This document shows positions 20,374-30,659 of a stretch of 64,000 nt of DNA, one piece after another. Numbering within the stretch: the stretch's first letter is position 1; every line of letters begins with the position of its first letter. The notes under the pieces were generated by a model. That model ran no database searches, was not told the origin of the DNA, and saw only the letters and a list, made by a program, of their open reading frames with translations. The stretch is from an uncultured Acidobacteriota bacterium (GTDB lineage: Bacteria; Acidobacteriota; JAQAZP01). The stretch spans positions 2,336,001 to 2,400,000 of the forward strand of contig CAWIIB010000009.1 in NCBI GenBank assembly GCA_963836075.1, read 5' to 3'. Position numbers and translations under genes: made by a program.

Positions 20374-21735
20374 ATGCGCGTCCTGCTGGTCAACCCGCCG
20401 GCACAAACGGTATTCGCCCGGATGGGGATGAGCTTGCCGCCACTGGGCCTGCTCTATCTCGCTTCCGCTCTGCAAGCGCGGGGACACGAGGTGGCGGTGC
20501 AGGACTTCGCCGTCGAGGGGCGGTATGAAACATTCGATTTCAGTGCCTGGGATGCGGTGGGGATCACCACCGACACCTGCCGGGCGGAACGGGCCTACGA
20601 AATCGCCCGCCGGGCCAAAGCGGCTGGTGCGCTGGTGGTGATGGGCGGGCCGCACACCCACTACTGCGAAGAGGAAGCGCTGGCTCCCGGCCATGCGGAC
20701 TACGTGGTTCGCGGCGAGGGTGAGGAGACCCTGCCGGAGTTGCTCGCGGCAGTTGAGGCCGGAAGCGACCCGCTGCAGGTTCCGGGCCTTTCCCGGGCCG
20801 GGGGTGCCCGGCCCGGCGGCGGGGTGGAGATCCGGCGCAGCGCCGACCGTCTGCCGGTGAACGATCTTTCCGCGCTGTCTTTCCCCGCCCGGAACCTGTT
20901 GCGGCCCGAACTGTATCGCAAGGCCCAGGTGGGTGGGCGGCCCACGGCCACCATCAGCACCAGCCGGGGCTGCCCCAGCAACTGCCACTTCTGTTCCGTG
21001 CCCGATTTTGTCGGCCGGCGGCTGCGGTTCCGGACGCTGGAAAACGTGATGGAGGAGATCGATGACATTTATCTCCAGCACGGCTACCGGGCGCTGGCCT
21101 TCATGGATGACAATTTCACCGTCAACCCGCGGCGGGCCTCGGCCATCGCCGAGGCGATCATCGACCGCGGGTATGATCTCAACCTCTGGCTCTTTTCCCG
21201 GCCGGACACCATCGTGCGCAATCCGGAGATGGTGCGGCTGCTGGCCCGGGCGGGGACCAGAACCATCTTCATGGGCATCGAAAGCGGCCGGGAGGAGACG
21301 CTCCAGGCCTTCAACAAGCGCTGTACTCCCGATGTGGCCCGGGAGGCGGTGGCCCTGCTCAAACAGAACGGTATCGAAACCCTCGGTGCGTTCATCCTTG
21401 GCGCCCTGGAGGATGACCGGGCCGCCGTGCGCCAGCTGGTGGACTATGCCCGCGAACTGGACACCGAGACGGCCCAGTTCGCGATCCTCACGCCGTTCCC
21501 CGGGACACGGCTCCACCGGCAGCTGAAGTCTCGAATCAAGGACAGCAACTGGTCCAGATACGATGGGGTGCACCTGGTCTTCGAGCACCCGGCGTTCCCC
21601 GGGAGATCGCTGGAACGGTGGCTGATCAGGGCCTACATACTTTTCTACTGTCGTTCCCGGGAATCGGTGAGCCGGTTTTTCACGTTTCTCAAGGCTCGTC
21701 GCCGGGGCCAGCGGGATGCACAGCTGCAGAACTGA
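20374..21735 (+). CDS. Cobalamin-binding (class B) radical SAM protein
   Basis: RVLLVNPP, PPLGLLYLAS, GGPH, GEGEET, SRGCPSNCHFC, DDNFT, GIESG, TPFPGT. Confidence 0.92.
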   Translation: MRVLLVNPPAQTVFARMGMSLPPLGLLYLASALQARGHEVAVQDFAVEGRYETFDFSAWDAVGITTDTCRAERAYEIARRAKAAGALVVMGGPHTHYCEEEALAPGHADYVVRGEGEETLPELLAAVEAGSDPLQVPGLSRAGGARPGGGVEIRRSADRLPVNDLSALSFPARNLLRPELYRKAQVGGRPTATISTSRGCPSNCHFCSVPDFVGRRLRFRTLENVMEEIDDIYLQHGYRALAFMDDNFTVNPRRASAIAEAIIDRGYDLNLWLFSRPDTIVRNPEMVRLLARAGTRTIFMGIESGREETLQAFNKRCTPDVAREAVALLKQNGIETLGAFILGALEDDRAAVRQLVDYARELDTETAQFAILTPFPGTRLHRQLKSRIKDSNWSRYDGVHLVFEHPAFPGRSLERWLIRAYILFYCRSRESVSRFFTFLKARRRGQRDAQLQN

Positions 21736-21758
21736 CGCTCTGTCCCGGGGAGTTCCAG

Positions 21759-23690
21759 ATGGGGATCTCGGTTCATTTCGGTACTCTCAAGCGCCGCCGG
21801 GCGCTGCCGCTGGCGGGTCTGTACTGTTGCCTGCTGCTGGCGCTGCTGATTCTTCCCGGGAGGCTCCCGGCCCAGGAACTGGACGGGATGCAGGTGGAAC
21901 GGGACGCGGTGGCCGACCTGCTGCGCTGCCACCTGGAGGCGCTGGGGGGGCGTGAACGGATTCTGGCCCTCTCCGGGACCCAGGTCACGTCCACGGTGAA
22001 GGCGTTCGGTCTGGAGGGCCGCAGTGTCACCTGGACCAGCGCGCCAAACCTGATCCGCAACGAACTGGACCTGGGGTTCATCACCCAGTCCGCCCTGTTC
22101 GACGGCGAAGTCGCCTGGAAGATGGACGGCAACCAGCGGGTTTCCCGGCTGGAAGGCGAGGAGCGGGAGGCGCTGGTGGGACGTGCGATCTTCGCCAGCC
22201 ATCTGTATTGCTTTCCCGAAATCAACGATTCGGTCTACCTCTACCGCGGGCCAACCAAGCGCGATGGACGGACCCTGCTCTGCCTGGAGGTGTCACCACC
22301 GGGGGCCGCCTCGGCCAGCCTCTATTTCGATCCGGACAGCTGCCTGCTGGTGCGCAGCGAGGTCCGCAGCCAGGAACTGGAGTCCGTGACCACCTACGAT
22401 GATTTCCGTGAGGTGGACGGTATCCTCTTTCCCTTCTTCTCCCGGCTCTCCACCGGCGACCCCCGTTTCGACCTGGAGACCCGGGTGAGTACCGTGACCC
22501 TCGATCCGGCAGTGGATGGCCGGTTCTTCACTCTGGCTGAAGCCGAGGAAGTGGGTTTTGACTGCCGGCTGGCCAACGGTGATGCCGCCGAGGACATCCC
22601 GATGCAGCTGGCCACCGACCTGATCCTGCTGGAGGTGGCGGTCAACGGCGTGGGAGGGATGCATTTCCTGCTGGATACCGGGGCCTCGGTGAGCGTGATC
22701 AACCAGTCGCTGGTGACCCGGCTGGGTCTGGAGAAGAAGGGCCGGCTGGTGGAGGTGATCGGCGCCGCGGGCCGCGCCGAGGCCTCGTTCACCCGGGTGG
22801 ACTCCATTGCCATGCCCGGCCTGGAACTGGTGAACCAGAGGTTGCTTTCCGTGGATCTCGATCCCTTCCTGCCCTATGTTGGGCGCCGGGTGGACGGGAT
22901 TCTCGGTTACGACTTCATCAGCCGTTTCGTGCTCAAGTTAGACTACGAGAACCAGACCATCAGTGCCTACCGGCCGTCGGCCTACCGCTACACCGGCGAA
23001 GGCCAGGTGCTGGACATCGAGCTCCAGGGCAACCTGCCGGTGATCAAAGGCCTGGTAGAGGACGAGCACGAAGGCGGGTTCCTGCTTGACACCGGGGCCA
23101 GCGCCGCCCTGGTCCTGCATCGGGAGTTCATCGGGGCCCACAACCTGCTGCGGGGGAAACGGGACCGGCGCGAAGTGTTCAGCGGGGGAGTGGGCGGTGT
23201 GGTACGGCAGATCTCCGCCCACCTCACCGCCTTCGGGCTCGGCCAGTACCGTTTTACCGACCTGCCGGCCCTGTTCAGTCTCGAGCCCCGGAGTGTGGGC
23301 CGGTCACGGCGAACACCGGTGGCGGGAAAGATCGGGGCCACCCTGCTCAACCACTTCACCATCTGTCTCGACTACCGGCAGGGCCGGGTGATCCTGGAGC
23401 CCAACCGCTTCTTCAGTGAACCGGTGCGCGTGGACCGTTCAGGGATGCAGCTGGTGCTCAGTGACGGTGAGGTGCTGGTGGCCGGGGTCGCACGTAAATC
23501 CCCGGCCCGGCGTGTGGGGATCAAGGTGCTGGACCGGCTGGTGATGCTGGATGGCCGCTCGGCCCTGGAACTGGGGCTGCCCTATATTCGCGATGTGCTC
23601 CGCGGACCGGCGGGGGGCAGGGTCCGCCTGATGCTCCAGCGCCGGGAGAAGGAGCGGACCGTCACCCTCAAGCTCAAGGACTACCGCTAG
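21759..23690 (+). CDS. Secreted retropepsin-like aspartyl protease with two DTG domains and a C-terminal PDZ domain
   Basis: Signal peptide, N-terminal EALGG...FREVDGILFPF domain, FLLDTGAS twice, DGILGYDF, PDZ (SPARRVGIKVLD). Confidence 0.85.
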   Translation: MGISVHFGTLKRRRALPLAGLYCCLLLALLILPGRLPAQELDGMQVERDAVADLLRCHLEALGGRERILALSGTQVTSTVKAFGLEGRSVTWTSAPNLIRNELDLGFITQSALFDGEVAWKMDGNQRVSRLEGEEREALVGRAIFASHLYCFPEINDSVYLYRGPTKRDGRTLLCLEVSPPGAASASLYFDPDSCLLVRSEVRSQELESVTTYDDFREVDGILFPFFSRLSTGDPRFDLETRVSTVTLDPAVDGRFFTLAEAEEVGFDCRLANGDAAEDIPMQLATDLILLEVAVNGVGGMHFLLDTGASVSVINQSLVTRLGLEKKGRLVEVIGAAGRAEASFTRVDSIAMPGLELVNQRLLSVDLDPFLPYVGRRVDGILGYDFISRFVLKLDYENQTISAYRPSAYRYTGEGQVLDIELQGNLPVIKGLVEDEHEGGFLLDTGASAALVLHREFIGAHNLLRGKRDRREVFSGGVGGVVRQISAHLTAFGLGQYRFTDLPALFSLEPRSVGRSRRTPVAGKIGATLLNHFTICLDYRQGRVILEPNRFFSEPVRVDRSGMQLVLSDGEVLVAGVARKSPARRVGIKVLDRLVMLDGRSALELGLPYIRDVLRGPAGGRVRLMLQRREKERTVTLKLKDYR

Positions 23691-23693
23691 AGA

Positions 23694-24818
23694 TCAGTCG
23701 AGATACTCGTTGATCTCCTGGTCGGCGAAGTTGCGGGTGACATACCAGTTGGCCTTATTGCGGAAAAAGGACTTCGGCTTGTCGGGGCAGATCTCGTTGT
23801 AGAAGATCAGGTAGTGCCGCTTCACCGGGTGGTGGAAGAAGCCGAGGCGGACCATTGTCTCCCGCATGTCGGGGATGAAGAACTCCAGCCCCTTGGCCAC
23901 ATCACAACGCTCCCGGCGGAAGCGGGCCAGCACCTCGTGCACCATCGCCCGGATCACGGCCTCGTCCCCCCGCCGGGCGAGGAAGTCGACCAGCAAACCT
24001 TCGCGGATCCCGTTGTGTTTGAGCACCGTGCGGAACACCATGTAGCCGCGCATGTCGCCGGAACTGTCCCGGACCACCAGCTTGGTGTAGTGCTTTCCAG
24101 GATATTCACAAAAGCGCCAGTTGAGATACGAGTCGTCCCGCAAGACGATGATCGGATACCCGGGGCCCACCCGGGCGAAGAAGTCGGAGGTTTCCTTGTC
24201 GAAGCGCTCCACCTCTTCTATGGTCAGACCTTTCTCGCGAGGGGTCCCCAGGCCCTTGAATAGCCGCATGATGACCAGGGCCGGTTTGAGAACCAGATTG
24301 GCGGCGCCGGTGAGCAGGGGGTTCAGCGACTTGCGCTGCAGAACGTAGCGGGCGTTCAGCGGCAGCACCATGGGGCCGAAGGCCCCCACTTCGTCCACGC
24401 CCACCTTTTTCCCGGCGCGCAGCCAGATGGGCACCGTCTCCTGGATGGGGAAGCCCGACCCCAGGGTGGATGCCGAGAGCTTGATCACTTCCCGGGCCAG
24501 GCGGAAACCCTTCATCCCGCCGCGATGTTTGGGGTGGACCATGTAGTCCATCACCCAATGGGAGTTGTATATCGACCCGTCCACCATCAGCTGGGCCGGG
24601 ACACAGGACACCGAGCCAATGATCTTCCCCTCTTCCTCGAGGATGAAAATCACCGGCCGGTCCGGGTCCGTGCTGGGGTTCATCTCGTAGAGCCACTCCC
24701 AGCAGGCCAGGTTCATCTCACTCTTCTCTTCGTCCCAGCAGGCGGCGAAGAGCTCGAGCAGGGCCGGTTTGTCCTGCCTGGTGTAGTTGCGGATCTGGGT
24801 GGACGGTCTGGCGACCAT
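23694..24818 (-). CDS. GNAT-family N-acetyltransferase (two-domain)
   Basis: WEWLYEMNP, DYMVHPKHRG, RDDSYLNWRF. Confidence 0.75.
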   Translation of the reverse strand: MVARPSTQIRNYTRQDKPALLELFAACWDEEKSEMNLACWEWLYEMNPSTDPDRPVIFILEEEGKIIGSVSCVPAQLMVDGSIYNSHWVMDYMVHPKHRGGMKGFRLAREVIKLSASTLGSGFPIQETVPIWLRAGKKVGVDEVGAFGPMVLPLNARYVLQRKSLNPLLTGAANLVLKPALVIMRLFKGLGTPREKGLTIEEVERFDKETSDFFARVGPGYPIIVLRDDSYLNWRFCEYPGKHYTKLVVRDSSGDMRGYMVFRTVLKHNGIREGLLVDFLARRGDEAVIRAMVHEVLARFRRERCDVAKGLEFFIPDMRETMVRLGFFHHPVKRHYLIFYNEICPDKPKSFFRNKANWYVTRNFADQEINEYLD

Positions 24819-24833
24819 GGCGCTCCCTCTGTT

Positions 24834-26072
24834 TCAGCTGCAGATGACGGCGGCAACCAGCTCCACGGCCTGGTCGATCTCTTCCCGGGTGATGGTGATC
24901 GGGGGAGCGAAGCGGACGGTCTGCTCGTGGGTGTCCTTGGCCAGCACCCCGTGCTTCATCATCTTTTTCAGATACGGCTTCGCCTTGCCCGCCTCCCTGG
25001 TGAACTCCATGCCGATGAGCAGGCCCTTGCCGCGGATCTCTTTGATCAGCGGCGAGTTGAGCGCCCGGAGCTTGTCCATGAAATAGGCGCCCTTTTCCGC
25101 GGCCTGTTCGTCCATCCGTTCCTCCTGCATCAACTCGATGGCCGCGATGGCCACCGCCGAGCTGAGCGGGTTGCCGCCAAAGGTGCTGCCGTGGCTGCCG
25201 GGGGGGAAGGCGGCGTCCATCGCTTCGTTGGAAGAGGCCACCGCCGACACCGGCATGATGCCGCCGCCCAGGGCCTTGCCCATGATCAGGGCGTCGGGCC
25301 GCATGTCCTCGTGCTGGAAAGCAAAGACCTTGCCGGTGCGGAAGAAGCCGGTCTGCACCTCGTCGAGGACCAGCAGAACGTTATGCCGGTCGCAGATTTC
25401 GCGGATTTTCACCAGGTAGCCGTCGTCGGGGACGATGATCCCTCCCTCGCCCTGGATCGGCTCCACCAGGAAGGCGGCGGTGTTGGGTGTGATCGCCGCC
25501 TCCAGCGCCTCGGCGTCGTTGAAGGGAATGGTGACGAACCCGGGGGTGTACGGGCCGAATTCGTCATGGGCATCGGGATCGTCGGAGAAACTGACGATGG
25601 TGGTGGTGCGGCCGTGGAAATTTCCCGAACAGACGATGATTTCGGCCTTGTTCGCCTCCACGCCCTTGACCCGGTAGGCCCAGCGCCGGCTCATCTTGAT
25701 CGCCGTCTCCACCGCCTCGGCCCCGGTGTTCATCGGCAGCATCTTCTCCATGCCGGTGAGCTGGCAGAGCACGTCGGCGAAGAGGGCCATCTCCTCGGTG
25801 TAGAACGCCCGGGAGGTGAGGGTGATCTTCTTCAGCTGGTTCACCATCACCTCCACCAGCTTCGGGTGCAGGTGGCCGACGTTGAGCGCCGAGTAGCAGC
25901 CGAGCATGTCGAACAGTTTTTTGCCGTTCTTGTCCCAGACATAAATACCCTCGCCACGGGTGAGCACCACATCCATCGGTGCGTAGTTGTGGGCGCTGCG
26001 CCGCTCGGTGAGCTCGAGCACTTGATCGTGATTCAGTGTCCGGTCCAGGGCTGAGGAGCTGGTGGTTCCCAT
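24834..26072 (-). CDS. rocD: Ornithine--oxo-acid aminotransferase
   Basis: SAHNYAP, YSALNVGH, LTSRAF, PMNTGAEAVETAIK, NFHGRT, EPIQGEGG, DEVQTG, GKALGGG, GSHGSTFGGNP. Confidence 0.93.
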   Translation of the reverse strand: MGTTSSSALDRTLNHDQVLELTERRSAHNYAPMDVVLTRGEGIYVWDKNGKKLFDMLGCYSALNVGHLHPKLVEVMVNQLKKITLTSRAFYTEEMALFADVLCQLTGMEKMLPMNTGAEAVETAIKMSRRWAYRVKGVEANKAEIIVCSGNFHGRTTTIVSFSDDPDAHDEFGPYTPGFVTIPFNDAEALEAAITPNTAAFLVEPIQGEGGIIVPDDGYLVKIREICDRHNVLLVLDEVQTGFFRTGKVFAFQHEDMRPDALIMGKALGGGIMPVSAVASSNEAMDAAFPPGSHGSTFGGNPLSSAVAIAAIELMQEERMDEQAAEKGAYFMDKLRALNSPLIKEIRGKGLLIGMEFTREAGKAKPYLKKMMKHGVLAKDTHEQTVRFAPPITITREEIDQAVELVAAVICS

Positions 26073-26219
26073 GACGATAACCTCTGTGAAGTAGATGGGT
26101 CGAAAAAAAACCCGCAGCCTGTTCGCGGGGTCGCTTGCCTCGTCCGAAGCGCCGTCAAATATATCACCGGCTGGCGGCGGATTCAACGCCGCGCGGCACT
26201 GCGGGACGGCCCGCGGAAA

Positions 26220-27419
26220 TCACGAGGAATTCGATGTTTCAGCGGGAAATTCCGGCGGGTGGCCCGCCGCCTCCAGCAGCAGGTTGATGGTCTGCCGGGC
26301 CGCCCGTTCCCAGGAGAAATTCCGGCAGCGTTCAGTGCCCCGCCGGGCCATCTGCTCCGACTCCCGGTGGTGGGTCAGGGCCCGGGCCATCACTCCGGCC
26401 ATCTGCTCCACATCTTCCGGGTCGAAATAGAAAACGGCATCCCCGCCCACTTCGGGTAGCGAGGCGGCACTGGAACTGGCCACCGGAACGCCAAAGGCCA
26501 TTGCCTCCAGCAGCGGCAGGCCGAACCCCTCGTGCAGGGACGGGTAGGCAAAGAGCCGGGCCGTGCGGTAGAGGATGGCCAGAGTTTCATCGTCAACCCA
26601 GCCGGTGACCAGCAGGTCCTGCTCACCCAGTTCCAGGCGCCGGGCTTCGGCTTCCACCCGGGCGTGGGCCCGGCCCTTGATTCCGGCAAGTACCAGCTGC
26701 AGCCGCTCCAGCCCGTCCTGGCCGGCCAGTCTGGTTTTCACCTGCCGGAAGGCCTGGAGCAGCCGTTCCACGTTTTTGTGCGGAGCCAGGGTCGAGACGC
26801 AGAGGATGTGGGCCGGGCAGACACCCAGGGCATCCAGCCGTTGCCGCATCTCCTGATCGGACGGTGCCGCGGCGGCCGCCTGCTCCAGCAACCGGCGGGC
26901 GGGAGCCTCGTGGATCACCCGTACCTTTTCAGGTGGCAACCCGTAGGCCTGGCAAAGCCGGTGGGCGGTGAACCGCGAGACAGCGATCACCCGCTGGGCC
27001 CGGCGAGCGGAGAAGGGGATCAGTGTCTCCAGAAAGAGGCGGTAGGAGCGGGGGAAATTGTCCGGGTGGGTGCGCCAGATCAGGTCGTGAACCGTCACCA
27101 CCGTGGGCAGCCCGCCGCAGATCGGGGTGGTGAACCCGGGCGAGAACAAGACGTCGGCACCGTGTCGCAGCAACTGCCAGGGCAGCACCAGCTGTTCCCA
27201 GAGGATGCGCCGTGGCCGGGACTCCGCCGTCACCGGGCACAGAATCCGCTCCAGCCCCGGGGCGTCAGCGAAGGTGTGGTGGTTCTCGCGGTTGGTAAAC
27301 AGGATCAGGCGGTGCCGGATGGAAACGTCGGCCATGGCCGCCAGCAGGGAGCGGGTGTAGATCTCGGTGCCGCCCACCCGGCCGGGCAGCAGGAACAGCG
27401 TGTTGACGGCAATGTTCAT
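26220..27419 (-). CDS. Glycosyltransferase family 4
   Basis: [34 protein letters not shown]. Confidence 0.92.
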   Translation of the reverse strand: MNIAVNTLFLLPGRVGGTEIYTRSLLAAMADVSIRHRLILFTNRENHHTFADAPGLERILCPVTAESRPRRILWEQLVLPWQLLRHGADVLFSPGFTTPICGGLPTVVTVHDLIWRTHPDNFPRSYRLFLETLIPFSARRAQRVIAVSRFTAHRLCQAYGLPPEKVRVIHEAPARRLLEQAAAAAPSDQEMRQRLDALGVCPAHILCVSTLAPHKNVERLLQAFRQVKTRLAGQDGLERLQLVLAGIKGRAHARVEAEARRLELGEQDLLVTGWVDDETLAILYRTARLFAYPSLHEGFGLPLLEAMAFGVPVASSSAASLPEVGGDAVFYFDPEDVEQMAGVMARALTHHRESEQMARRGTERCRNFSWERAARQTINLLLEAAGHPPEFPAETSNSS

Positions 27420-28609
27420 CCGCCTTCGGCCGCCTCCTCAGCCTCGGTTCCCGGGGCGTCCGGTTCGTCACCGGCAGGTTCCTGTCCGCCCGGTGGCGCT
27501 TCGTCCTCGGCCTGGTCGAGCTTGTCATACTGGCGGCGCACGGCGTTGTAGTTCACGGTGACCACCGCCTGGGACGGACTGTTGGTGGAAATGCTGATGG
27601 TGCCTTCGGTCTCGCTGTTCGCCTCCAGGGCATCGGCCCGGAGGGTGGCGGTCAGTTCGAATTTCTGGCCCGCAATCAGCTCCACCAGGTCCAGGTCCAG
27701 CAGACCATTGTTGTCCCGGCAGCCGAACACGCTGAGCGGCCTGTCCGGGCTGTGTCCGGTGAGGTAGATCCGTTTCCAGCTGTCCCGCGGGTCCCGTTTC
27801 CCTGTTCCCACCACCATCAGCCGCAGGTGATCGGGCGTCACTTCCACGTCACCAGTGATCAGTCCGGTGATGTTCAGCGTGGCCGGGGGAGGGCCCCCGG
27901 ATGCGGCAGTGGCGGTAATGGTTTCCTTCAGCGGACCCGTGGACAGACCGGGCAGGGCCGAGATCTCGATCTCCAGGCGCTGGTGACCGTCCATGGTTCC
28001 GCCGCTATCCACCAGCCGGGCGGTGATGTGAGGGGATGTGGATTCGAGGCCGGCCAGTTCGGTATCCGCTGGATCACGGACCAGAATCACGGCGCGTCCG
28101 GAAACCGCTTCCACGGCCTGGTAGTGAATCGTGCCCAGAGCCAGCGCCCCTGTTTCGAAACCGAAGGGCACCTCCACCCGGGCGGTGAACATCAATCGGG
28201 TCAACCGGTTCTGCGGGTCGTTGGAGGTCAGTTCAATGACCCGGCTGGTCTCGCCCACCACGTCCTGACCGATAAAAGTCACTTCCACACCACCCTCCTC
28301 TCCGGGAGGGATCACCGGGTGGAGGATGGAGGTGCTGATGCAGGAGCAGTGCCCGTCGGCCTTGACCAGGCGCAGGTCGGCATTACCACTGTTCCGGATG
28401 GTGTAGACTGCGGAAACCGCTTCACCCCGGACCACGGTGCCGGCATGGTGTTCCGGGTGGGGAATCTCGATCAGCGGAGCGGCAGATTCCGTGGAAGGTT
28501 CGGCAACGGCCTGAAGCGGCTCGTCCTCTTCAGCCGGGGCGGCGATGCCGCCCAGCAGGAGCAGGGCGACCAGTGCGGCGGTGGCCGTGGTCAGCGGTGT
28601 GCGGGTCAA
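27416..28609 (-). CDS. Secreted DUF1573/Ig-like domain protein (Cys form, HCSC)
   Basis: Signal peptide; YTIRNSGNADL...HCSCIS...IPPGEEGGVEVTF...TSNDP; paralog of the upstream gene. Confidence 0.8.
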   Translation of the reverse strand: MTRTPLTTATAALVALLLLGGIAAPAEEDEPLQAVAEPSTESAAPLIEIPHPEHHAGTVVRGEAVSAVYTIRNSGNADLRLVKADGHCSCISTSILHPVIPPGEEGGVEVTFIGQDVVGETSRVIELTSNDPQNRLTRLMFTARVEVPFGFETGALALGTIHYQAVEAVSGRAVILVRDPADTELAGLESTSPHITARLVDSGGTMDGHQRLEIEISALPGLSTGPLKETITATAASGGPPPATLNITGLITGDVEVTPDHLRLMVVGTGKRDPRDSWKRIYLTGHSPDRPLSVFGCRDNNGLLDLDLVELIAGQKFELTATLRADALEANSETEGTISISTNSPSQAVVTVNYNAVRRQYDKLDQAEDEAPPGGQEPAGDEPDAPGTEAEEAAEGG

Positions 28610-28692
28610 GGGGTCACCAGCGATTCAGGGGAGGGCAGCAGAGCCGGCCGGAGGCAGCGTGCCGCCCCCGGCCCGGTCAACCCTTTGTTTCT

Positions 28693-30090
28693 CTATGGTT
28701 TCGGCGTTTTCTCCTTCTCCTCCTCGTCCGAATCGCTGTCGGTATCTGAATCAGCCGGCGGCTCGTCCTTTTTCTGGATCTCCGGCATCTTTTTCGTCTT
28801 GGCCGGCTGTTCCGCGCCTCCCAGTTCACCGCCCGGAGCGAACGGGTCATTCTCACCCGCGGCAAACAGCCCTTCAGCGGTATCGCTCTTCAGGGCAGGC
28901 TGTCCGTCGCGCAGGCTCCCTCCTATGGGGGGTGGCATCTTCCTTCCGGATCTGTTTTTCTTGTCGCCCTTTTCCTTGTACGACTTGCGCACCGCACTGT
29001 AGCGTATGGCCACCTCTTTCTGACTGGGGAAGTTGGTGGTCAGGACCACGTTGCCGCTGATATTGCCCTTCCCGGGAATGCTATCCGGTTTCAGTGTCGC
29101 GGTCAGTTCGTACTTTTTCCCCGGCGACAGCGGTTTCAGCTCGAGATCCAGGTGGTCCTCGGTGTCCTTGATATCGACGATCTCCAGATTGGCGCCCTCA
29201 ACGTGGTTGCTGATGAAGATCTTTTTGGTCAGGGTGGACGGCCGGGAGGAGGCCGTGTCGGTGACCACGAAGGTCATCCACTCCGGTGAGACCTCCACAT
29301 CCCCGATCACCGAGCCGGTGAGGCGGAGCATCGCTGTGGGTTTATCCGGGAGATTGGTTTTCAGGGTGACGGTCTCGTTGATCCGGCCCAGCGGCAGACC
29401 CGGCAGTGTGGTCACTTCCAGCTTCATCCGGTCGTAGTGGCCATTGTTGTCGGTGTAATCGAGCATCCTGGCGCTGATGAACTCGGATGAGGGATTCACT
29501 TCCAGCACTTTGGTGGCCGCCAGATCCTTGACCAGGATGAACGAACTCTTGGTTGTGCCCGCGTCGCGGCTCACCTTGCCCAGGTAGAGGCTCGGCTGCT
29601 CGAAGTCGAAGACCACTTCGATAAAGACCTTGACCCGGATGGTCGAGGTGGGGTTCTTCGGGTCGTTGGACGTGACCGTGATCGACTTGGTCAACGCGTT
29701 CTTTTTCGATCCGGAATTGAAAGAGACCTTGATCGTTCCTTCCCCGCCCGGGGGAATCGCCGTCTTGGTAACGACGGCAGCGGTGCACCCTCAGGAACCT
29801 TTGGCCTTGATCAACTGGAGCGGTGCATCTCCCTTGTTGATCACCTTGAAATTGTGGCTCACCTTGCTTCCGCTGGCGATGGTGCCAAAATCGTGCAGCG
29901 GCTCCGGAAAAAAGATCTCCGGAGCAGGTTGACCCGCTTCCACGCTCTTGCTGGCCTGGGAGAGTTTCCCCCTGGCGGTTTTGGCCGCCGGGTCCGCCGG
30001 CTTCTCCTGGGCTGCCAGTGGCGGGGTGAATACCAGGACCGCAGCGATAATCACCATCACCGCTGCAACGGAAAGAGAGGATCTGTTCAT
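28693..30090 (-). CDS. Secreted DUF1573/Ig-like protein with in-frame TGA at codon 100 (probable selenocysteine, SUGCT); 465 aa
   Basis: ORFs 29791..30090 and 28693..29694 are in one frame with only one stop between them; readthrough gives HDFGTI...FKVINKGDAPL...KGS*GCTAAV...IPPGGEGTIKVSF...TSNDP. Confidence 0.8.
29758..29779 (-). promoter_or_regulatory. Candidate bacterial SECIS hairpin
   Basis: TGCCGTC-GTTACCAA-GACGGCG begins 11 nt after the TGA; the loop starts with G 18 nt after the TGA. Confidence 0.6.
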
Positions 30091-30507
30091 GGCTTCTGCT
30101 ACCTTTCACTGACCGGGTCACCCCCGGAACATCCTGTTGCTCCTCGTCACCGAATGGGGAACGGACGTGTCCACAATAGCGGTCGGAATCTCCAAGGAAC
30201 CGCTCCCGGTGACTGTGGAACCTGATACGCATGGAGTCGGCGAAGCGTCGAGAAGAAATCAATGGTTTCCGCCTGCCGGCTGCATCGTTGCCCCTGAAAC
30301 CGCAAAACCCTGCCCTGAGGCAGGATTGGGCTTGGAACAGCCATATTTTCAGCAGTATAAATATAGGGGATCGTTTGAAGTCCGTCAAGAGCGACACTGT
30401 CCGGCCGGGAGGCCGATGACCACAGAACAGGACAGCCCGCCATGTGGAGCGGAACAAGCGTGACTTTGTAAGCGTTTTAAATTGAATTCGTTACGACTAT
30501 CGTTATG

Positions 30508-30524
30508 TTGGCACGGGGTTTGCT
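30508..30524 (+). promoter_or_regulatory. Sigma-54 (-24/-12) promoter
   Basis: TTGGCACGGGGTTTGCT matches YTGGCACGRNNNTTGCW (GG-N10-GC), intergenic, with AT-rich DNA upstream. Confidence 0.8.
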
Positions 30525-30659
30525 ATGTAAAGGGGTGTTCCCTCGCCAGAGTGGAACGCCGGCGAACCCGCCGGACCCCATGGAGCCTTTGACCAGCGGC
30601 GGGGTTCTGAAGGCCGCCGCCAGGATGCACGGATAGCCATTCCAGATGGAGGTAGAAAG

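Noticed and set aside
29791-30090. Independent 99-aa protein or pseudogene
   Set aside because: The stop falls on the conserved Cys of the CGC motif and the frame continues with a SECIS-like hairpin, so it is treated as readthrough
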